Shown: piece by piece, positions 1 through 11,745 of the stretch | How positions within the stretch are numbered: position 1 is the first letter of the stretch | How the letters are laid out: each line of letters begins with the position of its first letter | Source: Basidiobolus meristosporus CBS 931.73 | Taxonomy: Eukaryota; Fungi; Basidiobolomycota | Assembly: GCA_002104905.1 (NCBI GenBank) | Contig: MCFE01000630.1 | Coordinates: forward strand, 1 to 51,367 | DNA: 51,367 nt | Direction: 5' to 3' | Notes under the pieces: model-generated | What the model was told of the DNA's origin: nothing | The model's database searches: none | The model's input: the letters and a program-made list of their open reading frames with translations, nothing else | Program-made: the position numbers and the translations under genes

Positions 1-691
1 ATATAATAAAATATACCTACTCTGAGTATTCCTCACAAGTAGTGCCTCCAAGGTCAGTTGGCTGTCAGCGCGGTTTCCTGGGAGTGTTGTCAGGTCTGAG
101 TCAGAAAATAGTGGTAATAGGTAGCGGTGTTCTCACTAATCAATAAGTTGGAATATTGGAAGAGGGATGATTTATTTTAAGGGATAGCCTCCTTTATATA
201 CTTTTTTGCTGCTCAATTTCTTGCTAGAAAATACTTTCCGGAAGTTTCCAGAAGGTAGTAGACAGCCAATCATGTCATTGTGTACTAAAAATAGCGCAAA
301 TTCTTGGCCGATTGTTCCATGAGACATAGTAGCACCTGGCCAATCAGGTAGTGGTAATATGAAACCCCTGTGTCATGTGGTTGCCTCTTATGGTAGTGGG
401 ATAGGAGGGTTATGAAACCAAAATGGTCACATGACATGGGCACCGTTGGGGTACTTGCCTTATATGGTAACTATCTTATCTTGGCATCTCAGCAAGGAAT
501 AGGAATAGCTTGTGCAATGGGTTAATAGTGACAAATAGTTTGTTAGGTTGCATAGTAATAATCACATAGACAGAATAGAGAATATTGCAATTTGGGATGA
601 TACTAATATAGGGGGGGTAATCCTTTTTTAGGGAAGTGAATGTATGAGAATGAGCACATCTGCCTGTGGGTGTCACTGTGACCCCACTACA
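1..691 (-). repeat. LTR of a retrotransposon family, related to the solo LTR at 5258-5938; far end not resolved within the window
   Basis: The reverse complement begins TGTAGTGGGGTCACAGTGACACC at 691, matching TGTAGTGGGGTGACAGTAACACC at 5258. Other shared blocks are GTATATAA(A/G)GGAGGCTATCCCT and GGAAAC(C/T)GCGCTGACAGCCAACTGACCTTG. Confidence 0.75.
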
Positions 692-1790
692 CCGTGCCAG
701 GGCACGCGGTGTGATCCGCGGTTGTAAAGAACGATTGGGCGCAATATCATAGCTACCAGAAGGCAAGATCATTCTTGGACAATTTCGCACTATGCAGGAT
801 GATCTTGCACACTATGGCACAATCTGACACGATGAGGTCAGCACGGATGATTGCGCCAACTTGTAATGTTTGCATCACGTGCGCAATTGGATACCGCTAT
901 AATGGCAGGTAAAATCCGGTATTTGGATATGTTTCTTTAATGTAAATGGAAATAAATGTGTATCACACTATAAACTACACCGATACTTACCATTGTGGTT
1001 ACCCTCACTCCAATTGGACGGTATCTCAGTGGTTAATTAGTCCAAAAGTATCCTGAAGCTGGCAGCCCCCAAATGGCTCATTGACTACTGAAAAATCTAC
1101 TTGATTTTCCATCAAATAACCCATTTTGCCCATTGAGCAATTAAATCCCTGATCCTAGTGATTGGACAAGGTGTCATAGCTAGCACGCAAGCAATTGTGT
1201 AGGTGCAAAACAGATCCAATAGCTGCACTGGTATTACAGATGACGTATATATATGCAGGGTGTTTATTTACAGGGGTTCTGTCTCATATGTGAGACGACC
1301 TTGATATTACTTATATCAAAAATTTGATGATCACTGATTTGCGATGGCTTGATTCGGATCGCAAAAAAAAAAGGGTTGTTGGGATCATTACAAATGTAAG
1401 CGATTCAAAGCAATCGCATCATCTTCTCCTGGGTTTTTTTTTCACAGGGATTACTACTGAAGCATTTGGTAGTGACTCACTTTGCTCAACTATACTACTT
1501 CCTGGCTGACTATCATCTTGGCTACTTGTGTATTTGTATTCAGTATTTTGCCTCCTAGTTGATGAGTGCAATGCTGCAGCTTGGCCGTGCTGAATTGCTC
1601 CAACTGAACTAACTGAACCGGCCTATAGTGCCACGTGCTGACGCGTTCTTTTACTTGCCAAGGGCTCCGGTGGTTGAGGCACTTCATGTTGGTCATCATC
1701 AGTCAGTTCACCAGAAGTAACTTGCTGATGGTCAGGCAAAACGGCACGCGCAGGCGCGCCTTGATGCATTGAGATGGCCCTTGGCTGAGT

Positions 1791-2447
1791 TCAATGTGAT
1801 GCCACATGTTGACGCAACTTGGTCCGCCCCAATGGACTCGTGTCTAAATGAGCAGTTTGGCAAGTTCTCGTAGTTTTGCTCTGAAGCACGCGCGTTGACC
1901 CAACGTGCGTTGACTGAATGCGCGTTGACTTGACGCGGGGCGTTCTGGTAAAGGGTGTTGGTGTGGTCTGGACTGACGTGTGCTGGCGCGCTGTGGTTGC
2001 AAGATATGGTATGGAATCCAGCGAGGCATGCTGGTGCAATCTGGACAATGTTGCTTGCGGTCTGTATTCTTCCTCCTGAAGCTCACCATCTGATTCCTCA
2101 AGGTATTCACTTACCCTCTGGCTGATACTTTGGAGCTGTTGCCTGGATGAGTCCTGTCTATATTGCTCTCGGAAGCCACTTAGCTTGACTAATACATCAC
2201 GTAGTACATTAGTCATTTCAGGCAAAAACTCATTCAAAATCTCTTTGGTTCCCAAAGTTGAGGCACAAACAGACGCATCCGGCCTGTACTGTGCAAATTG
2301 CGCGCAAAATTGTTCCCGTGTGGCTTCTTTGTCAAATCCCCTCACTCTCAGCTCATTCTTGATTTCAATACTTGTCTTGTTATATATCTTTTTACATACA
2401 TCGGCTGGCATCTTGATGTAGAACTCATGCCACAGCTTTCTACTCAA
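1791..2447 (-). CDS. Hypothetical 218-aa protein, possibly the accessory ORF of the neighbouring Harbinger-type element
   Basis: Long open frame inside a TE block, divergent from the DDE transposase at 2999. It has a helical, charged N-half and an S/T/R-rich tail. No family recognised. Confidence 0.4.
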   Translation of the reverse strand: MSRKLWHEFYIKMPADVCKKIYNKTSIEIKNELRVRGFDKEATREQFCAQFAQYRPDASVCASTLGTKEILNEFLPEMTNVLRDVLVKLSGFREQYRQDSSRQQLQSISQRVSEYLEESDGELQEEEYRPQATLSRLHQHASLDSIPYLATTARQHTSVQTTPTPFTRTPRVKSTRIQSTHVGSTRVLQSKTTRTCQTAHLDTSPLGRTKLRQHVASH

Positions 2448-2998
2448 ATTCTTCCATCTTTGTCAACTCTCTGAGGTATCTAGTTCTGCTAGATTAATCA
2501 GTAGTGCCCAAATATCTGTATGAAGGCTCATCATAGACACTTGGGCCATACTAAAATCATTTGGCAAGAACTTAAACGGATCCAACATTGACTTCTCCGG
2601 TCCGGACCGTGCCTGTGAGCTGGGGGATGGGTTTTGTCTGGGTTGTACTAAAGATGAGTTGAGGCTTGGTACGGGGACCATAGCAACGGATTTGGATACT
2701 TATACAGCAGTATATTGGCATCAACCTGGTCTTATATGAAAAATATATGAAAACTAATGTGATTGTTGAATTTTCCATATATTATGCATGATGCATCTTG
2801 GATCGTGTTGACACGGATCAGATCACATCAATCGCAGATTTCCTATTTGATTATAGACCTATGAGTAAAGCATCAATAAAAGTACCAAGGCATTGTTTGC
2901 GGATGATTTTTGCAACATAATGATGGGATACATGGCAATTGATGGAGATTTAACCATAATGTATTAAAAATCAGATAAATAACGTAGATCGCGCCAAA

Positions 2999-3766
2999 TT
3001 GATTCAAGCTGCCTTTATACAATCATCCATCAATTTTAATATGACTTATTCATCTGAATGGTCTTTTCTCATCAATCCCATCACTACCACTGGATTTCCT
3101 TTTGACACACTAGAGGAGATATACTCCAAGTACTGTGGACCATCAACCCCAATCTACTCAAGGAGATCCCTTGTTAAGCTTCTCTGCTATTACAAGAACT
3201 ATTGCCCTACAAGGTCTCATCCCACCATCCATGGCAACAAAAGTCCTAGAAGCTTTCATTCCCAGCTGACAGCAATGGAGAACCACCTTGCAGAGGGTAT
3301 GAATGACTTAGAGTAAGCTTGGAATACTAGGTTCAGAAGCTCCAATAGACTTCCATATCCCAGAGTGTTCAGCAACAGGTTCCATATCAGGAGTATTTTG
3401 GATACCTTCCCAGTGAGGATTAACAGACCTTCTAGAGGGCAGAGGCACTTTTATTCTGGCAAGTACAAGGCACACTGTGTGAAGTTTCAAGCACTGTCTG
3501 ACATTGAGGGTAACATCATCTGGTTTAGTGGGCCATTTGCTGCAAGTAGGCATGACAAAGCACTCTGGGTAGAGAATCATCCTGAATTCAGTAGAGGGGA
3601 GAAATGTATGGCAGACTTAGCCTATATAGGAGAGGATTGTCAGAGATTAGGATGTATTACAGCTTATAGGAAGCCAAGAAATGGTGTACTTAGCAGGAAG
3701 CAGAAGCTCTACAATGAGATATTTAATCATTTCAGAGTAAGGGTAGAGCACACATTTGGATTTTGA
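2999..3766 (+). pseudogene. PIF/Harbinger (ISL2EU-like, DDE_Tnp_4) transposase, interrupted and C-terminally truncated
   Basis: ORFs 2999-3316 and 3365-3766 are in one frame, split by a single TAA. Motifs: ILDTFPVRINRP, FYSGKYKAHCVKFQ, GPFAASRHD, MADLAYIG, RVRVEHTFG. Confidence 0.85.
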
Positions 3767-6700
3767 GCCTATCTCCCCTAACAGCAGTGCCACATATGAG
3801 CCCGGTCAAATCCTTATATGCAATGAGACAACACCTATTAGGATAAATGCCAAGGATACTTTATGGAGCCAAGTGAGCCCAGTAATCCATCTACTGGTGA
3901 AAGATGTGATGTTGTGGCTAGAGAAGTGGCGCGTTTCCACTGATATCAGTAATGGGGGCTTTGAGGATTTATTACTACTTCTTGCCATAATCATACTGGG
4001 ATGCAACTTACCATATACATGGTACAAGTGGACAACTGTTATGCGGCTGGCAACATATGATCCAAAGACTGTCCTGATTCCAGCATGTGTGAACAGTTGC
4101 ATGGCATTCACATCCAAAAATGCTACCATTGCAACGTGTCCAAATTGTCAGGAATCTACCACTATTGAGGGAATACATTTTTCACACTCTGGATATATTC
4201 TGGTCATACCCCATCTGAGGAAGCTGATGCAGTTCAACAAATATAGCAAAGCTATACAGTTCCGCACTCAGTATCAATCAAGTGCAAACATATCCAATAT
4301 ATTTGATGCCAAACATTACAAACAGCTAAGAAGCAAAGGCTCCTTGAAGGTATGTATGACCATGCCTTTGCTTTGGCACTTGATGGATTTTCATTCAACA
4401 AGTACTCTACCAGCAAATCCTGCTGGCCACTGATTCTCATCAATCTGAATCTGCCGCCCATCTTACGGTATCCAAGCAATAATCTGATGGTAGTCTCACT
4501 GGTATCTGGGCCTAAATCACTGTTCAACCTGGATAGCTACCTGTATCCATTACTGAATGAATTTTGTATGCTTTCCAGCAAGATAATGGTAAATGACCGT
4601 CATGTAAAAGCGCATTTTATTATCTGCATTGGAGATACCCCAGCCATCAGCAAGATAGCAGGCTTTTCTGGGCACAATGGATGGTATTGCTGTCAAATGT
4701 GTGAGATCCAGGTGATTTACTCCATAACTCACACATATTATTATTACCCAAACACCAGCACTAAGAACATCATCTTTCCACAGAGAGAACATACAGAAGC
4801 ATGCAATTGCCGCAAAGTTGGCAAGCTATAAGCCATTGGCCGGAATACGGAATCAATCAGAAACCAAAGATACTTAAGATAGAGGGTATCTGTTGGAGCA
4901 AAAGCTTTCCACAGGGAGCAATGCATTTGCTTTTCAACAATATCCCTATATTGATGACCAAGTTGTACATGGGGCATTTCAAGCTAAATGAGCCCTTTGA
5001 GATACCAGAGAAATTTGAAAAAATTGGCAAGATATTACAGAGTATCCGCTACCCTAAGTACTTCTCACAGGCTCCAATTAATATGCATATGCATATGCAA
5101 CAATACAAATGCAAAGACTGGATGAACTGGATATGTATTTATTAAAGTGGTGTTCTGAAGCCATTCCTACCAAGAGTACATTGGAAGCATGGGGAGTCAT
5201 ATGTGGACATTGTAGGAATATTTATCCAGAAGCCAATCACCAATGCTAACTTGACGCTGTAGTGGGGTGACAGTAACACCTACTGACAGATGTGCTCATT
5301 CCCTTATTTTCTATTTCCCTATATCTCTACTACACTTATTTTAGTTTTATCCCATTTGTCTTACCCAATCAGTACTATCCCATAAGCTGGTTGACTTTCA
5401 CACCTGCTTACCTTATTGCATAAGTTACCCCTCACTTTATGTAGATTACTGGCTATAAGTGCTTCTATATTAGGCAAGTACCTGCACTAGTACCTGTGAC
5501 ACATGATCAACCTGTGACACCATCCCTACCATTTCCACACCATATATGGTATCCCTATGTTACACAGGTTTGATAATACTGATTCCTGATTGGTTGGATG
5601 TGCTGTGCCTCTTAGAACCTTCCAGCACCTGCTTAGAACATTCTTAGGTCATTCTGATGTCATTAAGATTTCTATTAATATCTGGAACCTTCTGGAGCAC
5701 CATGGTTAGTTATCACTTAGCCAGTAAGAAAAGTATATAAGGGAGGCTATCCCTCAACAATAAATCATCATCCCTTTTATTAATACACCGACTTGTTGAT
5801 TAGTGTGATCACTGCTACCTGCTGCTACCTGAACTTCCAACCCTAGACCACAGGACACTCCTAGGAAACTGCGCTGACAGCCAACTGACCTTGAGAAGTG
5901 TTGGATGTATCTCTCCCTTGGACCTATACACCACCACAATGCATCTAAAGCTGTTGTGTGAGGAGTTTGTGACGGGATTTGAGCAGCTATACTACAAACC
6001 TAAAGCTGAATGTGTAGATCTCTGCCGCTACTGTATCCATTCTCTACTTCATCTTGCACAGTGGGTGGAGAATATTGGGCCTTGCTGCACCTTTTGGGAG
6101 TTTCCTATGGAGCAGATGTGTGGGGAGATATGAAGATGAGTTAAGTTGCAGGTACCATATCCCAATCTCATCAAGAATGTTACCTTCAAGTCCATCATGG
6201 ATGTGATGAGTTGGCACCTGGAGGACAGCCAGAAAGAGTTGAAAAATACTGAGGACAAATGTGTACATGGAGACACCCATGCCTATGGCATTAAGAAGCT
6301 AAGCAGCCCCAATGTGTGGGTAATCAGTTTAGTAATGCAAAGTTGGGTTGGGTGCAACAAGCAACTAATTTTTATCAGAAAAACTCCACCAAGATAAGCC
6401 GGATTTCTTGTGGTCACAAGCCAACTTCTACACCATTCAATACGGAATTCACACAAACAAAAGCCAGAGCGCACCTATAAGGGGGACTAGAATCCAGCAG
6501 GGAGAAGGAATATATTGGCTAAATACCAAGAAGTTCTTTGCCAATATTCTGGAGGTATTCATGGCAAAAGTGACAACAACCAAGCATTTGTTTGCAAGAT
6601 GTATATGCTACCAGCAGTACAAGGTATATGGCAACTTTTCAAGTATCACACTAAAAAGCTGTAAAGTTGAGGTGATTGAAGTATGTCAATTGCAGCAGGT

Positions 6701-6790
6701 GTGCATGTTTGTAGAGGTTAGTAAGCAGGAGGCCATAGTTTTTTTTGACTTGAACTATATGTGGAATACCCAAGGTAGTAGTGGGTAAGC
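3756..6790 (+). pseudogene. CACTA/EnSpm (Transposase_21/Tnp2-like) transposase, frameshifted and interrupted by a solo LTR
   Basis: Fragments 3756-4433 (CVNSCMAF..CPNC, NIFDAKHYKQL), 4352-4831 (LALDGF, SCWPLILINLNLPP, GDTPA, GHNGWYCCQMC), 4801-5145 and 5891-6133 (FEQLYY, IHSLLHL, WEFPMEQMCG). The 3' boundary is approximate. Confidence 0.88.
5258..5938 (+). mobile_element. Solo LTR (681 bp, TG...CA) with 4-bp TSD ACGC/ATGC
   Basis: Removing the LTR plus one TSD copy restores the transposase frame ITNANLT-HLKLLCEEF. TATA-like GTATATAAG lies near 5733. Confidence 0.8.
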
Positions 6791-7266
6791 AAATAAAGAA
6801 AGGTGATTCTACAGTGGAATATATGAATTGCACAAGGGGAGGTAGAAAAGGGAAATACCATTTGGTACATTGATACAGTAGCATTATACAGAACCAGCGG
6901 CAGGCTGTTATACTGCCAAAAAAAAGCCACCAGAGTCTTGCTGTGAGGCTGTCAAAATACCGTCAAGTTTCTTGCTATATAAGGCAATTGGAAGTCCTGG
7001 CCAACTGGATCCACTTAAAATAGTAATAGAGTGCTGAAAGACCGCAACAATAACATGAGAATATTGTCACAGCACCAATCAAAAATTGTCAAGTTTTATC
7101 CCTTTATTTGGCTGTAAAATTTGCAAAACACCGTCATGATCTTGTTATAAGATTGTCAGGAGGGCCACTAAATCCAAGCTGCTGTTATTATGACGGTCTC
7201 TCAATGGGATCCTGATGGATTATCTGGAATGGATCCACCTGCGGGACCAAATTATTTTTCATAGGG
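6590..7266 (+). repeat. CACTA 3' region copy 1, ending ...TTTTTCATAGGG
   Basis: Collinear with about 7580-8230 (e.g. AAAAAGCTGTAAAGTTGAGGTGAT, GGTAGTAGTGGGTA, AAATACCATTTGGTA). The terminus reads CCCTATGAAA on the minus strand. Confidence 0.6.
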
Positions 7267-7311
7267 TATTTTAAGCTGAAGGAGCTTTCATGAAGTTGCT
7301 AGAATATAGTA

Positions 7312-7669
7312 AAACTTTCTAGAAGGAACTGGGATTTCTTAACTGACATGATTTGACTAGATAATTGGAGGCCAGAGATGTCATGTGATCATGACAGGTA
7401 GATGCAAATTTTACCAGCAATAGAAGGTATAAGGCAACTTTGCAAGTGTCATGCCAAAAAGCCGTAAAGTTGAGGTGATAGAGGTGTGTCAAACTTTCTA
7501 GAAGGAACTGGGATTTCTTAACTGACTTGATTTGACTAGATAATTGGAGGCCAGAGATGTCATGTGATCATGACAGGTAGACGCAAATTTTACCAGCAAT
7601 AGAAGGTATAACGCAACTTTGCAAGTGTCATGCCAAAAAGCTGTAAAGTTGAGGTGATAGAGGTGTGTC
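7312..7669 (+). repeat. Tandem duplication, 2 x 179 bp (7312-7490 and 7491-7669)
   Basis: Both units start AAACTTTCTAGAAGGAACTGGG and end GAGGTGTGTC; 4 substitutions counted by eye. Confidence 0.92.
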
Positions 7670-8230
7670 AATTGAAGCAGGTGTGTGCCTATGTAGAGGT
7701 TAGTACGCAGGAGGCAATTGTTTTTTTTTGACTCAAACTAGATGCAAAATACCCATGGTAGTAGTGGGTATGCAAATAACAAGGGATGACTCTAGAGTGG
7801 GAAATATGAATAGCACAAGAGGAGGTAGAAAAAGAAAATACCATTTGGTAAATTTGTATGGTATCATTATACAGAACTAGCTGTAGGCCACCATACTGCC
7901 AATATAATGTTGGTCAAGATTTGCAATGAGGTGGTCAGAACACCATCAAGTTTCTTGCCATATGAGGCATTTAGCTATGTTGGCTGGATAGGCCCACCCA
8001 AATAAATGTAGAGTGCAATGAGACCATTGGAATTCCTTACAGCTCTTGTAGAAAGACTGCTAAAACATTGTTGAGTTTTGTACCTTACTATATGCTGAAC
8101 CAATCTTGTCACAAGATTGTGTGGAGGGTCAAAAATACCAGGCTGCCAGCATTATGACACATTCATTGCAGGATCCTGAGAGGTGATCTAGATCAGATCC
8201 ACCTAAGGGACCAAGTTAACTTTCATAGGG
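7580..8230 (+). repeat. CACTA 3' region copy 2, ending ...TTTCATAGGG
   Basis: Diverged direct repeat of 6590-7266 with the same terminal GATCCACCT..GGGACCAA..TTTCATAGGG. Confidence 0.6.
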
Positions 8231-8289
8231 AAAATGAATCTAATTTCTTTTTAGTGTGATTAGTTCCAGTGCTCCTAAATGGCTGTTGA

Positions 8290-8690
8290 ACCTGTTTCCA
8301 TTTTGTAGGCCATAATGAGGAACAACCTATCTGGTGGATCAATTCCACTCTGGAAACTAGCTGATTTCTCAGCAGTTGCTCAACTTATTGGAATTGATGT
8401 GTTCATTTCTCCTGTCCCAAAGCATTGGTGCATCTCTATTAATTCTTTTATACTGGCTTTCAGATATGATATCATATATGCTAACTTGCATAAACTTAGA
8501 CATCTGATACCTAAAGCAATATGGGCACTATGATGATTAATGATCTTGCATCCTAAATTGACTAGCCTGAACTGAGTCCTTCTGCTGTGGCCATACTTAC
8601 AGGCTGAGTGCTCTAGGCTGTTTCTAGATTATAGAGCTCTTCTCTGAAGGTAGGTGTATATTTCTATCATTACTGCTGCGTAGTCTTAGC
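8290..8690 (-). mobile_element. Copia fragment (protease/GAG-pre-integrase region)
   Basis: Similar to about 18420-18760, e.g. the shared AACTGAGTCCTTCTGCTGTGGCC. Confidence 0.6.
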
Positions 8691-8739
8691 ATTATGCAGT
8701 ACTACCTGTAGGCTGCCGTACAGCCAGTATAATGCAATC

Positions 8740-9050
8740 AGATGTCTGTATCAAGGCTGTCAGAACACTGTCAATATTTTTTTCATATATGGCAATTGGA
8801 TGCACTGGCTGGTTGGGTCTGCTCAAGTAAATGTAAGCCACTATAGAACTGTTGGTATGCCAGTAAAGTCCCATCAAAGGTCAGTTGGAACACAGTTAAG
8901 TGTACGTACCTACTGAGCAGCAGATTGACCAAAACACCACAATAATCCCAGCATGAGATCATGAGGAAGGTAAATAATACCAAGCTGAAGCATTATGATA
9001 GTCTCATCCTAGTTGGATCCTACTATGGGACCAAATTATCTTTCACTGGG
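8740..9050 (+). repeat. CACTA 3' region copy 3 (most diverged), ending ...TTTCACTGGG
   Basis: Shares GGCTGTCAGAACAC.GTCAA and GGATCC..GGGACCAAATTAT.TTTCA with copies 1 and 2. Confidence 0.5.
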
Positions 9051-9338
9051 CATAGGGATACAATAAATTGAGAGAAATGCTAGAGATGATGACACAAGTA
9101 TACATCATGAATAAAGGTTACTAGCATGGGTACTTGCCTACTGAGGGAGGTGTCACATATCTTATTCACTGAGCACATTAAGGCTATCTTAAGCAATGAG
9201 ATATGCAAGAGCTATAGTCAGCCAGCTGATGGGAAAACATTTATCAAATAAGATATATGGTATTACACTTTTATACATGTTGCCAAAATATAGGCAAGTA
9301 GAAAAAGTGGGTGTAGGTACATTTCTCAGTGAGTGGCA
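9051..9338 (-). repeat. Degenerate LTR-like fragment truncating the 3' end of Copia A
   Basis: Contains TAGGCAAGTACC, also seen in the 5258 LTR (GGCAAGTACC in the 1-691 LTR). The Copia RNase H frame stops abruptly at 9339. Confidence 0.3.
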
Positions 9339-10106
9339 TTACTGTAAAAGCTTTCTTAACCACATTGCTTCTTTTATAGCTTCACAGGCTGCCATGTACT
9401 CTGCCTCTGTGGTAGAAAGTGCAACGGTTGGTTGCTTTCTTGAATTCCATGAAATTGCTCCTTTACAGTAAAGAAAGGTGTATCCTGTGATGAATCTTCT
9501 GTCTTCCAAATTTTTTCCCCAATCTGCATCAGAATATCCCATAAGATCCTGTTCTGAGTCCTTATAAGTGTATCTTAAGCTGATATCAGCAGTTCCTTTT
9601 AGGTATCTAAAAATCCGCTTAACTGCTGCAATATGATCAGATGCATAGTTCTGATTATGCTGGCTGACAACTCCCACTGAATATGAGATATCTGGGTGTG
9701 CTCCAAGCATGATATACATCAGACTGTCAATCATAGAATGATAAGGAAAGTCAGGGCTTTCAGATGGCACCCAGCTCTTTTGATTTGGTTGAGTTTTGAT
9801 CAAGTTAGGGTTTGTCTCCATTGGGGTAGCTGCCAGTTTAGAGTCTTCCATTTGATACTTCTTTAGTATATCTTGAATCTACTTGAATTGGATTAGGGTA
9901 ATAGTCTGGGTGCTTCTGTCTATGGAGAACTTTATCACTAAGTAGTAACTGAGTTCTCCCAGATTGGACATCGTGAATTCCTTAGACAGGCTGGATTTAG
10001 TCTCTTCCAATGTTTCTAGGTTATTAGCAGCTATAATAAGATCATCCACATAAAGAGCTAATTGAGCTAGATTTGCTCTATCTGGCTTACAATATGTACT
10101 ATAGTC

Positions 10107-10492
10107 TGTGGGTTATTACTGACTGTACTTGGTGAGTGGGAGAGCTTGTAGGTCAAGTCAGTACCACTTGGTTCAGAATAGCTTCCGATAGAAGGTAGCA
10201 AGGTAATAAAGACTTCTGTTTATTTCGTCCAAATCTTGTTGTTCTTCCTGGTTCAATTGGGTAGATATATATATCACTTGGGGGGCTTAGACAATCAACA
10301 ATGTGTTATAAAATAGGGGTGTGAACACCTTCCTGTTATGGTAAGTGTTCTAACTAGATAAGGGCAGTGATAGGAGGGGAGGACGCGTGGGGAAATCATA
10401 GGGAGGGTACTGGAGGACTTTGGGTAGGACTCTGGAGGGAACTCTTGGGAGAACTCTTGGGCAAAGAGTGGGTACTACATTGAGTACTCACA
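10107..10492 (-). repeat. Ty3 3' LTR
   Basis: TGTGGG...CTCACA, about 98% identical to 16493-16878. Confidence 0.97.
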
Positions 10493-10536
10493 TATCCCAG
10501 GGGTTAAGTGGGAGCTTTGTCCTCGAAGTTCTTTGA

Positions 10537-11745
10537 CTAACTTGCTTCTCCAGGATCGATTTTGTTTACGGAGCATGGGGAGTCACCGTAGTACCATTGC
10601 TGGTTGTCACTTGCAAGGGGATTGCGGGCGAGTACCTGATACCATTTGGCGGCAGAGTGGGGTGCAGCCTGTGTTGCTCAAGGGATGTTTTCCACAGAGC
10701 CAAATAGTTCGCAAACCATAGGGTTCTGGGTAAGTTCCTTGGGAGGGTTGGAGAACGAGAAAAGGTGCAATAGCGCGATAAAGTCTTGCTTCTTTATCTT
10801 GCAAACGTTATTGGGGCTTGTCCTTTTTGTGTTCAATATGACGGCGGGGGACCTTTTGAAGAGGGTGTACACTCGGTTGGCAGTCACCCGTTGTCAATAA
10901 CAAGTTTTTGCTTCTTCCGAGACGTATTGTAGTTCTGCCGTAGAAACTGTGGCGTGATTGAGGCGCTTTTGTACTCGCCTCATGGTTTCTACAGAATCTG
11001 CGGCGGTTTCTTCGGCTTCTCGGAGTTGGACTTTGTACGGATTCCTGAGTTGTCCTATGGTAAACCACTGTAATAGTTGTAACACAGCAACTTGGTGGAT
11101 CGCATGGGTTAACTGGCCGGTGTATTTAATCCGTTTGCGTATCTTCTCTAAGATGGTTCCTTCTTGGAAATGTGGTTTGAGATGCTTGCAAATTTCTTGG
11201 AGGAGTCCTTTGATCGGGAGTTCTACTTCTGGTGCTCTTGCAGCTTGTACCAGGTCTGCGTATACCTCAACAACCGTGGTACCTATTAATGGCAAGTATG
11301 CAACAAAACAGGGGGGCTCTTGAGGTCTTGTGAGGGTGCGACAGTTGATTCCTTGTGTCTTCTGTCTGACTGTGTCCAGTATGGATACGGGAATCAGCGC
11401 GGCGTCCTTCTCCTTAATGATCAAGGAACCTCCTCTTAGGTGGTACACGGTCTTCTTGGGTAGTATCTCCATGCTTCGTATTGGCGTGGGTAACTTGTCT
11501 CGTCCCTCTCTGATTGTGTCTTATATTAGCGTGACTGCTCCGGCAAACAACTCTTCATAGGTGGCTCTTGTTGTACGTAACGCTTGTACCATATCTCTTA
11601 ACACTTGCAGGTCGGTTTCGTTTTTGATATCATCTTGGTTCTTGCTAGTGGGAGGGGTATTGCCAGTTTTGGGTGAACTGTTTCCTTCGGCGCTTTCCAT
11701 ATGCATTCTTTTGTTCTCCCCTTTGGGCGAACTCCCTTGTGCATA
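10537..11745 (-). pseudogene. Unassigned in-frame extension of Ty3 Pol, or separate ORF3 (389 codons from ATG 11706)
   Basis: ORF pieces 11521-11706, 10894-11472, 10678-10887 and the run to TAG 10537 share one frame, which is also the integrase frame. They are separated only by single TAA/TGA stops. Confidence 0.75.

Noticed and set aside
692-1500. Short recurring GATC/GCGCAA words and the near-palindrome GTCTCATATGTGAGAC (about 1280-1295)
   Set aside because: Could be transposon subterminal repeats, but I could not define a unit, TIR pair or TSD.
10537-11745. Retroviral env gene or chromodomain
   Set aside because: No signal peptide, transmembrane helix or aromatic-cage chromodomain pattern is visible.
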